64,000 nt of DNA from Gemmatimonadales bacterium (GCA_965249575.1 OZ252244.1:1088001-1152000); one strand, 5' to 3'; counted from the first letter of the stretch, positions 30,220-39,355 are shown. The notes: generated by a model from the letters alone, not told the origin. Made by a program: numbers and translations.

Positions 30220-31628
30220 CCGGCCACCTTCCGCAGGAAGGCGCCGGTCGTACCGGCGAACTTTTCCCGGTAGTACGCATCGGCCGCGCGCTTGACGCCC
30301 TCCACCATGGTCGGATACGGATAGACAAACCTCGCGAGTCCCGGCAGCGGAATTCCACGGCTCATGGCCATCACGAAGGGCATGATGAGGTCCCCCGCCC
30401 CGCTTGCTACAATCGTCGCGCCGAGGATCTTGCCTCGGCGCCCAACGACGACCTTGACGAACCCGTAGTCGTAACCGTCGACGATGGCTCGGTCGAGATC
30501 ATCGAGCCCATAGCGATACACGGTGACCGGTTCATCCTGCTGTCGAGCTTCCGATTCGGTCAGCCCGACGCGGGCAAGCTCCGGATCGGTGTAGGTGACC
30601 CACGGGACCGTGCGGTAGCTCGCCTTGCTGGAGAACGGAAAGACCGAATTCCGAAGCACGAGCTTGGCCTGATAGTCGGCGACGTGCGTGAACTGCAACC
30701 CACCGGCGACGTCCCCCGCAGCCCAGATGCCCGGCACCGTCGAGCGCAGCCGGTCGTCCACTCGAACGGCTCCTCTTTCCAATTCGACTCCCGCGGCCTC
30801 GAGACCCAGGCCCTCACCGTTCGCCCGGCGACCCGTCGCCACGAAGACCTCGTCCACGGTCGCCGACACGGTGGCGCCCGCGTTGCCCGTTGCCTCAAGC
30901 ACCTTGGCACCGTCGCAAACCCGCACCTCGCCGACCTTGGTAGACGTCAAGACGGTGATTCCCTCGGACTCGAGCGCGTGCCGGACCGCTGACGACGCTT
31001 CGGGATCCTCCCTCGGCAGTAGCGTCGGCAGCATCTCGAACACGGTGACCTCCGCGCCCAAGCGGCGATACACCTGGGAGAACTCCAGACCGATGGGCCC
31101 TCCCCCCAGGATGGCAATCCGACCGGGGAGTGTGTTTTGGTCGAAGGCAGTGATATTCGTTAAGTAGCCGGCCCCCTCGAGGCCGGGAATGGGAGGCACC
31201 GTCGGCCGCGAACCCGTCGCGATGACGATCCGCCGACTGGTCAGCACCCTCCCATCTACCGCGACCCGGTCTGGAGCCGTGAGCTCCGCGTTCCCGAAGA
31301 TCACCTCGACACCCAGCTTGCGGAAACGCTCGGGATCGTCGTGATGTTGGACGCGAGCGCGTGCGGCCCGCATCCGTTCCATGACCGTCTGAAAGACGTG
31401 CGACGGCGCCGCGCCCACCAGGCCGAGCCGGTCGGCGTGACGCATCTGGTGCGCGAGCTTGGCCGACGCGATCAGCGCGTTGCTCGGCACGCACCCGGTC
31501 CACAGGCAGTCGCCGCCCAGCGCCTCACGCTCGATCAGCGCCGTCTTGAGCCCGAGCGTCGCGCCGCCTGCGGTAGAAACCAGCCCCGCGGTGCCGCCAC
31601 CGATTGCGATCAGATCGAACTTTTCCAT
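30207..31628 (-). CDS. MerA/dihydrolipoamide dehydrogenase-like flavoprotein disulfide reductase
   Basis: GGGTAG, GGDCLWTGCVPS, IATGS, GGGPIG, GD, FTH.A, YPYPT; no C-terminal CC pair. Confidence 0.88.
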   Translation of the reverse strand: MEKFDLIAIGGGTAGLVSTAGGATLGLKTALIEREALGGDCLWTGCVPSNALIASAKLAHQMRHADRLGLVGAAPSHVFQTVMERMRAARARVQHHDDPERFRKLGVEVIFGNAELTAPDRVAVDGRVLTSRRIVIATGSRPTVPPIPGLEGAGYLTNITAFDQNTLPGRIAILGGGPIGLEFSQVYRRLGAEVTVFEMLPTLLPREDPEASSAVRHALESEGITVLTSTKVGEVRVCDGAKVLEATGNAGATVSATVDEVFVATGRRANGEGLGLEAAGVELERGAVRVDDRLRSTVPGIWAAGDVAGGLQFTHVADYQAKLVLRNSVFPFSSKASYRTVPWVTYTDPELARVGLTESEARQQDEPVTVYRYGLDDLDRAIVDGYDYGFVKVVVGRRGKILGATIVASGAGDLIMPFVMAMSRGIPLPGLARFVYPYPTMVEGVKRAADAYYREKFAGTTGAFLRKVAGWLA

Positions 31629-31661
31629 GATTCGTAGTGGCTAACGCCACGGTGGAAGCGA

Positions 31662-31690
31662 GGGTTCCCGGGTACCTACTCTGGGAACCC
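31662..31690. terminator. Stem-loop between the RiPP-like operon and the flavoprotein gene
   Basis: GGGTTCCC-N13-GGGAACCC; no clear U-tract. Confidence 0.4.
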
Positions 31691-31809
31691 GTCAGTCAGG
31701 TGCGTGCGGAACTGGGATTCGTCGGGGCAGGTGCCCGCCGACGTGGGGACGACCGAAGCGCGCAACCCCCGGAGGCGCCATACCAAGGTAGGCGGAAGAT
31801 ACACTTTCC

Positions 31810-32055
31810 TTAGGGAGACCCCGGGGGCGGGCGATTCCAGGGTGCCGGTGGCACCGGCGAAGGAGAGGGTCCCTGGAACGTCGCCGACATCCCGTGGCCC
31901 ATCCCGTGGCCGTGCATGTGTTTGTGTTGGGACGACTTCCCGTGTTGGGCGGATGCCGTCTCGAGCGGCGCAGCGACCGTTGCGATCACGGGAGCCAGAT
32001 ATGCCGTTCTTTTCGCGAGCTTGATGAGGAACGCGCGTCTGTCCTGGATACTCAT
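31810..32055 (-). CDS. Putative RiPP precursor: Tat-like/YxxP leader with a His/Met-rich and Pro-rich core
   Basis: GGAGAG RBS; MSIQDRRAFLIKLAKRTAYLAPVIATVAAPLETASA-QHGKSSQHKHMHGHGMGHGMS...PPPGSP; last gene of an RRE-containing operon. Confidence 0.7.
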   Translation of the reverse strand: MSIQDRRAFLIKLAKRTAYLAPVIATVAAPLETASAQHGKSSQHKHMHGHGMGHGMSATFQGPSPSPVPPAPWNRPPPGSP

Positions 32056-32156
32056 CGAGGCACTCTCCGTCCTATTGCGACACCCACAGCGCGCTGTCGC
32101 GGACCCGCAACGTATCACCTGGCGCCGTTTTTTCCGACCTCATCGAAGATCCTGCT

Positions 32157-32900
32157 TCAACCGGCACGCGCTGGCGCTGACCCGGACCGGCCGACCCCGT
32201 CATCCCCAAAGCGGGCTCGATAGCCCAACCCGTGAATCGTCGCGTCGGCCTGAAAGGTCCATTCGGCTTCCCCCGCCAATGCCCGCACGTCAGGGAGCGC
32301 ATCGAGCCGCATGTCGGCAATTTGTCTGGGTTCGTGAACCAGGTCCTCCGGCTCGACGGGCATGTGAAGGGGCGTGTTACAGAGGTACTCGCGACTTGGT
32401 GACCAATCGAGGCCGTAGCGCGAGTCATCGTCGCCAAACCCACCGACCACGCGCCAGTTTTGGTCGGAGTGCACGGGTGCCAGGTAGGTTCGTGCCCGGT
32501 CGGGTACGACGCGCGCGCCCGGCTTGAGCGCGTCTCGATGAAGACGCCGTAGTACATCATAGGTACAGCCGTCAATGAGACGCGAGGGATAGTCTTCAAA
32601 AATGAGCAGGTCGACCCGCTCGGGGATCTCCACCCCCGGGAACCATCCCCGAATGAACTCGATGCGGTCAGCGTAGCCATTGCGCCGCACGAGCGCCTTC
32701 GCAACGCTAACGATCGGGCCGCCCTCGATCGCCCAGACCTTCTCCGCCCCCGCCGCGGCGGCAAAGAGCGAGTAAGTCCCGAGTCCGGCCCCCACCTCAA
32801 GGACGCGGTCCCCGGGGCGAACGGTGGCCGTGAGGTAGCGCCGGAACGCCTCGATGCGCGTCGATTGAATGAGCATGCCCCGATAATAGTCCATGCTCAT
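32157..32900 (-). CDS. PRMT-like SAM-dependent methyltransferase, probably 3'-damaged
   Basis: MLIQSTRIEAF, VLEVGAGLG, VWAIE, NGY.DRI, VDLLIFE, LKPG..VVP, YGLDWS, IHGLGY; ATGA overlap with the PqqD gene. Confidence 0.8.
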   Translation of the reverse strand: MSMDYYRGMLIQSTRIEAFRRYLTATVRPGDRVLEVGAGLGTYSLFAAAAGAEKVWAIEGGPIVSVAKALVRRNGYADRIEFIRGWFPGVEIPERVDLLIFEDYPSRLIDGCTYDVLRRLHRDALKPGARVVPDRARTYLAPVHSDQNWRVVGGFGDDDSRYGLDWSPSREYLCNTPLHMPVEPEDLVHEPRQIADMRLDALPDVRALAGEAEWTFQADATIHGLGYRARFGDDGVGRSGSAPARAG

Positions 32901-33175
32901 ACGAGGAGTCCTTGCCGCTCGAACTCCTGGATCGCCTCGAACACGTCCGACTCGACTTGCTCGAGCGGCGGTGGGTCGTCGAACGCGTCGTGAACGTCGT
33001 TCACGATCTCTTGAATTGTCTGATCGCCGGTACAATGCAGCCACACCACGGCGGCGGTTCGATTGAGGACGTGCAGGTTCTGACCGCGTGGGTCGTAGAC
33101 GACCCATTCCTCATCCAGAGATCGAAAGAGAACGTCTTCCCGCACCGCGGGCATCATACTCCTGCTGGGATCCAC
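32897..33175 (-). CDS. PqqD family / RiPP recognition element (stand-alone)
   Basis: DEEWVVYDP....HVLNRTAAVVW..C.G..TIQEIV....F.....VESDV..AIQEF..QGLL. Confidence 0.88.
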   Translation of the reverse strand: MDPSRSMMPAVREDVLFRSLDEEWVVYDPRGQNLHVLNRTAAVVWLHCTGDQTIQEIVNDVHDAFDDPPPLEQVESDVFEAIQEFERQGLLV

Positions 33176-33209
33176 CGGCCGCTTCCGGAACCGTGAGCAA
33201 AGCGCTGCG

Positions 33210-34034
33210 TCATATCAACGAGATGAGAGCGTCGGCCGCCTCTGCACTGTCTCCAAACGTAACCTCCACGGCGCGCGCCTCGCTCGCAATGCATAACATT
33301 CGATCAAAACATCGGTCGGGGCGCATGCCGGTCTCCATGACGCTCGAGACGAGCAGGTGAGCCGTGCGTGGGCCGTCGAGGGGCTCGACCTGGATTCGAT
33401 CGGTAGCAGCGCGCGTAACGTGCGCAACCAAGCGAATCGGGGAGGCTTCAGCCCACGCGCCGCCGGTTCGTGGATCGTACCAGGCTTCATCCGGATCCGC
33501 GAAGGCATCGAGAAACGGATCCCGCTCGACGTCGTAGCGGTCGAGGCGGTCGCAGGGAACGGTGAAGAAACGCTTGAATGGGAGCGCCACCCCGCCGTCT
33601 CCGACAAAGACCACGTCGTCGCCGAGCACCGGGACCCCCGAGACACTCCAATGCAGGGCAATGGAGCTCTTGCCGGCGCCGGATTCACCGAGCACGACCA
33701 GCCCGCCGCCTGCGCCGACCGCACCGGCGGCGTGGAGATGCGCAACGTCGGTGTCCAGTGCCAGCAGCCGAGTGACCACCAGGTGCTCCTGGGCCTCGAG
33801 CGAGTGCTGGAGGGTGGCAAACGTTTGTGACGCGAGCCCGTGCGGCGCTACGGTCCAGTTGCCGGCTGACTGGCGAAGGTGGTAGAGCTCGGTGGGAGGC
33901 TCGGTGTCCAGGGGAACGACGAAAGAGGGCAGCAAGCGCTTCAGTGAGTCCGCCACCGCCGCCGTCGGGGTCGTCACAACGACGACATCGTGGAACATGC
34001 GAAACGCGGCCCCGTGGCCGAGTCCCGCCGTCAC
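33210..34034 (-). CDS. HPr kinase-related P-loop kinase
   Basis: HLHAAG, GESGAGKSS Walker A, G...LGDD. Confidence 0.8.
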   Translation of the reverse strand: MTAGLGHGAAFRMFHDVVVVTTPTAAVADSLKRLLPSFVVPLDTEPPTELYHLRQSAGNWTVAPHGLASQTFATLQHSLEAQEHLVVTRLLALDTDVAHLHAAGAVGAGGGLVVLGESGAGKSSIALHWSVSGVPVLGDDVVFVGDGGVALPFKRFFTVPCDRLDRYDVERDPFLDAFADPDEAWYDPRTGGAWAEASPIRLVAHVTRAATDRIQVEPLDGPRTAHLLVSSVMETGMRPDRCFDRMLCIASEARAVEVTFGDSAEAADALISLI

Positions 34035-34041
34035 GGCATCC

Positions 34042-35235
34042 TCAAGGCTGTCGCGTCTCCTGGGGCTCGCCGGCCTTCGCCTGAGAGCCGTCCGGCCTGG
34101 GCGAGACGGGGGAATGGGCAGGCGGCCGGAGCTTGGCCATCACCCGTCCGATATGACGCCTCCACGCGCCGACGTAGGAGCGCGCCTCTGGCCAGCGCCA
34201 CTCGAGGTAGCCCGCCGGTGGCAGAATCGCATCCAGGGCCAACCGCGCACCGGTGCTCACACGGTCGGCTAGGAGAAACCGAGATCGGAAGCGGCGGGGC
34301 GTGATCATCGCCACCTCCTGCTCGCTCGAGCCACCGGCAAGGACCAACCACGATTCCAAGGTCATCTGAGGAGATAGCGAACGAGACCTCCAGTCGGCGG
34401 GTGGCGGGCCGATCACCCCCGGTGCGGGGACCCCAAACTCCCGGGTCAACAAGTCCACGATGATTCGACAGGCCCGCAGCACCTCGAGCTCCTTCGCCAG
34501 CTCTTCGAAGGCCTTCGCGCTCTCCGGAGACATCGTGCGCCACAGAAGCACGAGATCGATCAGTCCGCGCACGTGGAGCAGGTCATGGCGTACGAGGTGA
34601 TGAATGAGGAGCGCGGCGTGGTGGCCATCGTCGGGAAGGGGCAGTGACCCGTTGTGCTCTAACCGCAGCCATACGCTAGCCGGTAGCATGACGTTCGACC
34701 GTGACAGGAGGCGACTCACTGGCTCGATTCCCCAGCGCACATCGAGATCGATTTCCTCTATCTCCGTGCGCCGGGACGGGCGGTACATCCCCAATCCCGG
34801 GCTCATCGCTGGGGGTGCCGGTTGATCGCGGTCAGGATACGCGATGTACCCCAACTGCTGCAACGCACTCAAGCCCGCGCCCTGCTCATTCGGGTGAATG
34901 AAGAGGTCGATATTTCCGACCGCGCGGTCTCCGTAGCGGTACACTCTTCCGAAGAGGGAGACTCCTTTGACGAAGAAGTGCCGAACACCATTCTCCCGTA
35001 GCGACTGCGAAACCTCGACCGCAGCGTCCACCATGACGGCGTGCGAGAGACGCTCGAGCATTCGACGGCCTGGATCGGAGGGCGGGAGTTCCAGACTGCA
35101 CTCGCGGGCGAGCAAGCCGGCGAAACCGAGCCTATCGGCGAGTCGTAGACCGCCGCCGGGCTCGTCGTCCCCGAGCCGAGCGGCAGCCTGGTCGAGCGCC
35201 CCAAGGCAAGTACTCGCTACTGTGCTTGCTTTCAA
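34042..35235 (-). CDS. Nucleotidyltransferase family protein (NTP_transf_5-like)
   Basis: VKGVSL..VY...R..GNIDLFI, LQQLGY, DLDVRW, H..RH, LIDL. Confidence 0.75.
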   Translation of the reverse strand: MKASTVASTCLGALDQAAARLGDDEPGGGLRLADRLGFAGLLARECSLELPPSDPGRRMLERLSHAVMVDAAVEVSQSLRENGVRHFFVKGVSLFGRVYRYGDRAVGNIDLFIHPNEQGAGLSALQQLGYIAYPDRDQPAPPAMSPGLGMYRPSRRTEIEEIDLDVRWGIEPVSRLLSRSNVMLPASVWLRLEHNGSLPLPDDGHHAALLIHHLVRHDLLHVRGLIDLVLLWRTMSPESAKAFEELAKELEVLRACRIIVDLLTREFGVPAPGVIGPPPADWRSRSLSPQMTLESWLVLAGGSSEQEVAMITPRRFRSRFLLADRVSTGARLALDAILPPAGYLEWRWPEARSYVGAWRRHIGRVMAKLRPPAHSPVSPRPDGSQAKAGEPQETRQP

Positions 35236-35263
35236 CTCGCGTTCCGGATGCGGCCGGATCGCC

Positions 35264-38200
35264 TCACATCCGGAACAGGTAGCTCAACTTGACGAAGAAG
35301 CCGTCATTGGTGCGCCGAAGGCTCCGGAAATCGAAGGCCTCCGTCTCGTTGAGGCTTGCACCGTATCCGGCAAAAAGAACCGTCCCCGGATTGGGCCGGT
35401 AGGAGAAGAGCCAGTCCACACGGAAGTCGTTGCTGGTCTGGGCCTGAGTTCGGACGAACGTCCCGTCGCTCTGGCGGAGCAGAATTGGATCGTTGGTGCG
35501 GGAATCGTCCCGAAGCTCGTCCACGAACTGAGCGTCGTACTGGCCGACCAGCCGGAAGAAGATCGCTCGCGACAACTGATACTCGACCTTCAGTCTCGGC
35601 ACCTGCCGCCTCGCCACGGTGCTCCAGTCGGTGACCCGAACGTACATCTGCAGCGGATACCGAAAGTTCACCCGTACCTTGTCGGTTGGGCGCCAGCCAG
35701 CAACGAATGTGATGAAGTTGACGAAGGCCGGCGCCCACTCGAAGAAGTTTTCGTCGCGGCCGCCCAACACCCGCAGGGCACCGGAGAACGTCGAGAACTG
35801 AGGCGTCGTGAGCGAGAGAGAATAGTCGTAGTTGGTGATCCGATCAGTACCGACATACGGAACGGTATCCACCACGCCGGACGAAAGTGTTCGTTCGACG
35901 TAGTAACCCTCGTACAGTCGGGGGTCGTATTTGAACGACTCCCAGAACACGCTGGCCCTGAGCGCCCATCCCCCACGAAAGACGAAGCTGTTGTTGAAGT
36001 GCAGTTTGGGATCGTTTGGGATCGTGCCCTCGAAGAACTGGTCGTAGAACCAGTTCCCCGCCAGTGAGAACCCCGTGGTCCAGCTCTCGAGTGCCGCACC
36101 GGGCCCCCCGAAGAACGTGAAGTCGTGTCGCAGGCCGATGTTGACGTGGTCGGTCCTGCTGACGAAGCCGCTCGCGGCCTGAAAGTCCTGATGAAAAGCC
36201 TGAATGCTGTAGTCGAGGCGGAGGGCGCGACCGGAGCGTCCAAACCGCGCCTCCCATAACGGGGCGTTCGTCGTGATCCCCGCCGATCGACTGAAGCTCT
36301 CGGCAAACTGGAAGCTGGCCGAATAGAGCTCGGCGAACACCAGCCGCATGTCGGCGGCTGCCACCCGATTGTAGTTGTTCCCGTCGATCCGGTCCGTGTA
36401 GACCAGTCCCATGGTCGACTGCGAGCCGAGGTCCCGCTGGACCCGGAGGATGTTGAATATCGGGTTGTCCGTCCCGGTTGCCGAATTGCCCTTACCATCA
36501 ACGGCCGAAAGCAGACCGAGGCTAGTTCCAGAAACTTTCCCGTTCAGCTTGACCGCGGATATGGGACTGACGATCCGGCGCGTGTAAATGAGCCGGTTAC
36601 GGGTCTCAAATTGCTCGGCGCCTTCCAGGAAGAACGGCCGCTTTTCCGGAAAGAAGAGCGCTCGGCGGGGGTCGGTCTGTAGCTGCTGCACATCGGCCTC
36701 GACTTGGGAGAAGTCGGGATTGACCGTGCCGTTGAGGGTGAGGTTCGCAGTCACGCCCCAGCGAACGTTCCCGCCGAGCTCGGGATCGGGCTTCTGGTAA
36801 TCCCAGCCAACACCGCCCGTTCTGGGGACACCGTCCATGCGAGCCGTGAGGACTGGATTGATGTCGAGGATCAGCGCGCGGCTAAACCCAGTGAGCCCAG
36901 TCAACGTGCCGGACTGGCCAAGGAATGACGCGTTGGCCTTGCGCGCACCGGTCCAGGTCTGCTGATGGCCGGAATACTGCACCTGGCGAACAATGTTGAT
37001 CCCCCAGTCCTGGACGGCGGCGGATTGAAATCGAATGCTCTTGAAGGGGATGCGGACCTCGACCTCGTACCCGTTCTCCGTGATCCGTCCCTTGGAGTCG
37101 AACACGAAGTCCTGGTTCAGGTCGACATCGGGTATCGTGCTGGCCTCCTGGGAATTGATCCCGCCCCGCCGTCGTTCTAGCCCCTCGCTCCGGGTTCCGT
37201 CCGCCTGCGCGCCGAGTGGATTGACGGCAAACACCAGCGCGCGCCGTCGGTCGTTGAACGTATCGAGGAGAATCTGGACGTAGTCGTCGCTGCCGATCTT
37301 GTCCCGATCGGCAAGTGTCGCGCGCACGGCACCCGGTGGCGCGAACGCCCGGATACCAAAGTAGATCGCGTCCGCCCCGTACCAGACGAGGACGTCGGTC
37401 GAGTCGTCCGCTGGCAAGCCATCTTGCGGGTTGTACTGCGAGAAACCGGTGAGATGCGCCGCGGCCCCCCACGCCGCCTCGTCGAGCACGCCGTTCACCA
37501 CCACCGCCGCCTCGTGCCGCGGCAACGGCACCGCCAGCTGGCCCGACCGACCCGAGAACACCGCACCCGCACCGATCCCGGCCGCGCCGGTGGCCGCGAG
37601 GGACGGCCCGTTCGTGGGCGCCGCGACCGCCGGCTGCTGCGGCGCGACCCGCTCCGCCCGCGCCGCCGGCGCCCCGTCCACGTACATCACCGGACACGCC
37701 CGCACCTGCCCCCGCCGCCGCACCACCACCCGCCCCGCCCGTCCGTCCGCCAACGCCCGCTGCGCGTCCCGATACGCCCGCCCCCCCCACTCCCCCGCCC
37801 ACACTGCACACAAATCCGTGTAGCCCGCCTCCCCCGGCACCCGTGTCAGCAACACCGCCGCCTCCCCGCCCCCCCACACCGCGTCCTGCGCCGCCGCCCG
37901 CGCCGGCCCAAACCCCCAGTACCACACCGCCACCCCCCGATACCACGCCGGCCGCAACCGCCGCCCCGCCGGATCGTGCTCCAACGTGCTCCCCGCCGGC
38001 ACCACCACCGCCAGCACCATCTGCCCCGTCCCCACCACCCGCACCTGCCCCCGCCGCGCCAACGCCCGAATCACCGCCGCACTGCGCACCGCCACCGGCT
38101 CCACCCCCCCCGCCACCACCTCCACCTCGTACACCCGCCGCACCACGCTGTAGCCCCCCACCCCCGGAATCGTCGAGAAGACCTCCCCTCCCCCCCGCAC

Positions 38201-38479
38201 CCGGTACAACGTCCCCGCCTGCGGCTCCGTCCGCCCCAAATCGTACCACTGCACCGCCCGCCCCTTGTACCACCCGTCCCGCAACGGATAGTGCGTCGCA
38301 AACGCCTCCCCCAACTGCTCCACCGCGCTCCGCTCCACGGGCGTCCAGCCCGCCTGCGGAACTTGGGCGGCAGCCCGAGGTGCCAGCACGAGCGACATCA
38401 GGATCGCCCCCGACCGCGTAACCGGCATCGGGCCCGCCTTGGGGCGCTTCACCGACTGTGGCGCTCCAGCCCACCGCAA
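35264..38479 (-). CDS. Secreted/outer-membrane protein: duplicated N-terminal domain, CBM9-like domain, DUF5916 and C-terminal barrel
   Basis: signal AAAQ; NGVLDEAAW, LDTFND, VNPLG.Q.D, EVRIPFKSIRF, NPDFSQVE.D, EKRPFFLEG, YTRRI, FFVKLSYLF; start may be ATG ~38428. Confidence 0.82.
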   Translation of the reverse strand: MRWAGAPQSVKRPKAGPMPVTRSGAILMSLVLAPRAAAQVPQAGWTPVERSAVEQLGEAFATHYPLRDGWYKGRAVQWYDLGRTEPQAGTLYRVRGGGEVFSTIPGVGGYSVVRRVYEVEVVAGGVEPVAVRSAAVIRALARRGQVRVVGTGQMVLAVVVPAGSTLEHDPAGRRLRPAWYRGVAVWYWGFGPARAAAQDAVWGGGEAAVLLTRVPGEAGYTDLCAVWAGEWGGRAYRDAQRALADGRAGRVVVRRRGQVRACPVMYVDGAPAARAERVAPQQPAVAAPTNGPSLAATGAAGIGAGAVFSGRSGQLAVPLPRHEAAVVVNGVLDEAAWGAAAHLTGFSQYNPQDGLPADDSTDVLVWYGADAIYFGIRAFAPPGAVRATLADRDKIGSDDYVQILLDTFNDRRRALVFAVNPLGAQADGTRSEGLERRRGGINSQEASTIPDVDLNQDFVFDSKGRITENGYEVEVRIPFKSIRFQSAAVQDWGINIVRQVQYSGHQQTWTGARKANASFLGQSGTLTGLTGFSRALILDINPVLTARMDGVPRTGGVGWDYQKPDPELGGNVRWGVTANLTLNGTVNPDFSQVEADVQQLQTDPRRALFFPEKRPFFLEGAEQFETRNRLIYTRRIVSPISAVKLNGKVSGTSLGLLSAVDGKGNSATGTDNPIFNILRVQRDLGSQSTMGLVYTDRIDGNNYNRVAAADMRLVFAELYSASFQFAESFSRSAGITTNAPLWEARFGRSGRALRLDYSIQAFHQDFQAASGFVSRTDHVNIGLRHDFTFFGGPGAALESWTTGFSLAGNWFYDQFFEGTIPNDPKLHFNNSFVFRGGWALRASVFWESFKYDPRLYEGYYVERTLSSGVVDTVPYVGTDRITNYDYSLSLTTPQFSTFSGALRVLGGRDENFFEWAPAFVNFITFVAGWRPTDKVRVNFRYPLQMYVRVTDWSTVARRQVPRLKVEYQLSRAIFFRLVGQYDAQFVDELRDDSRTNDPILLRQSDGTFVRTQAQTSNDFRVDWLFSYRPNPGTVLFAGYGASLNETEAFDFRSLRRTNDGFFVKLSYLFRM

Positions 38480-38760
38480 GATCTCGAACGCTTGTCCATA
38501 GATGCGCGCATTCGAACCACCTTTTTCCCGTCACGCCCGCCGCATAGTGGACGTGGTTGGCTCTCTATTTAAAGGATATGGCGGATGGGTCACGCCGTCG
38601 ACCCTCCGGCGTCCTTGCTGCGCACGTCACACCTGGCCAACTTGGCGCGGTACCCTCCGCCGGTCATTTTTCGTTCCGGGGGCGGGCCATCGAGATCCAA
38701 CCGATCATTGCGACCGACCAGGATAATCCGAAGCCCGCACCCGACTCCGTAGGAGACCGA

Positions 38761-39252
38761 ATGGACGTGCTGGTAGCCGACGACGATCCGGCGGTTCGGA
38801 ACGTCCTCACGCGAGCCCTCGGCCGCGCGGGTTTCGTCGTTACCGGCGTTGCCAACGGAGCCGCGGCACTCGCCGAGATTCGCTGGCACCGATACGATGC
38901 GATCGTGTGCGATATCGAGATGCCGCTTCTGGACGGCGTTCGGTTGTACGAACAGATCGAAGCGGAGCAGCCGGAGGCCGCCCAACACGTTCTCTTCGTA
39001 ACCGCACTCGCGGACAACCCCGAGGTTCGCGCGCTCCACGAACGGACCGGGCGGCCGCTGCTCAAGAAGCCTTTCGAGCTACCGGAGTTGGTGAGCGTCG
39101 TTCGGGCGGTCGCAGCCGGGGAGGAGCCGGCACCGTTGGCCAGCGGCTCGACCCGTCGGGATCCGAACGCAGAGGCGAGGACGGCCACCGGCGGGAAGAC
39201 GCCGAAACCAAACCCTCCACCCGGTTCGCCGGCCCCGATCCAATGGGGTTGA
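38761..39252 (+). CDS. Single-domain response regulator
   Basis: VLVADDD, CDIEMP..DG, FVTA, KKPF; AGGAG RBS. Confidence 0.85.
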   Translation: MDVLVADDDPAVRNVLTRALGRAGFVVTGVANGAAALAEIRWHRYDAIVCDIEMPLLDGVRLYEQIEAEQPEAAQHVLFVTALADNPEVRALHERTGRPLLKKPFELPELVSVVRAVAAGEEPAPLASGSTRRDPNAEARTATGGKTPKPNPPPGSPAPIQWG

Positions 39253-39355
39253 GGAGGAGTAGGGAATAGAGAGAGGAGTGTTGCGAGTGAAGCGCAGCGA
39301 GTAGTGAGCAGGAATTTAGTGTTGGTGGCAGGGGTGGTCTGAGGGCAACGTCGAA

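Noticed and set aside
30207..31628. True mercuric reductase merA
   Set aside because: No C-terminal Cys-Cys pair and no mer operon context
31810..35235. Lasso peptide cluster
   Set aside because: No lasso cyclase or B2 protease, and the core lacks an acceptor Asp/Glu
36882..38572. Long Gly-rich, Pro-rich and Arg/His-rich ORFs
   Set aside because: Shadow frames of the G-skewed segment of the DUF5916 gene
39250..39345. Purine-rich intergenic tract
   Set aside because: No repeat unit or structure identified
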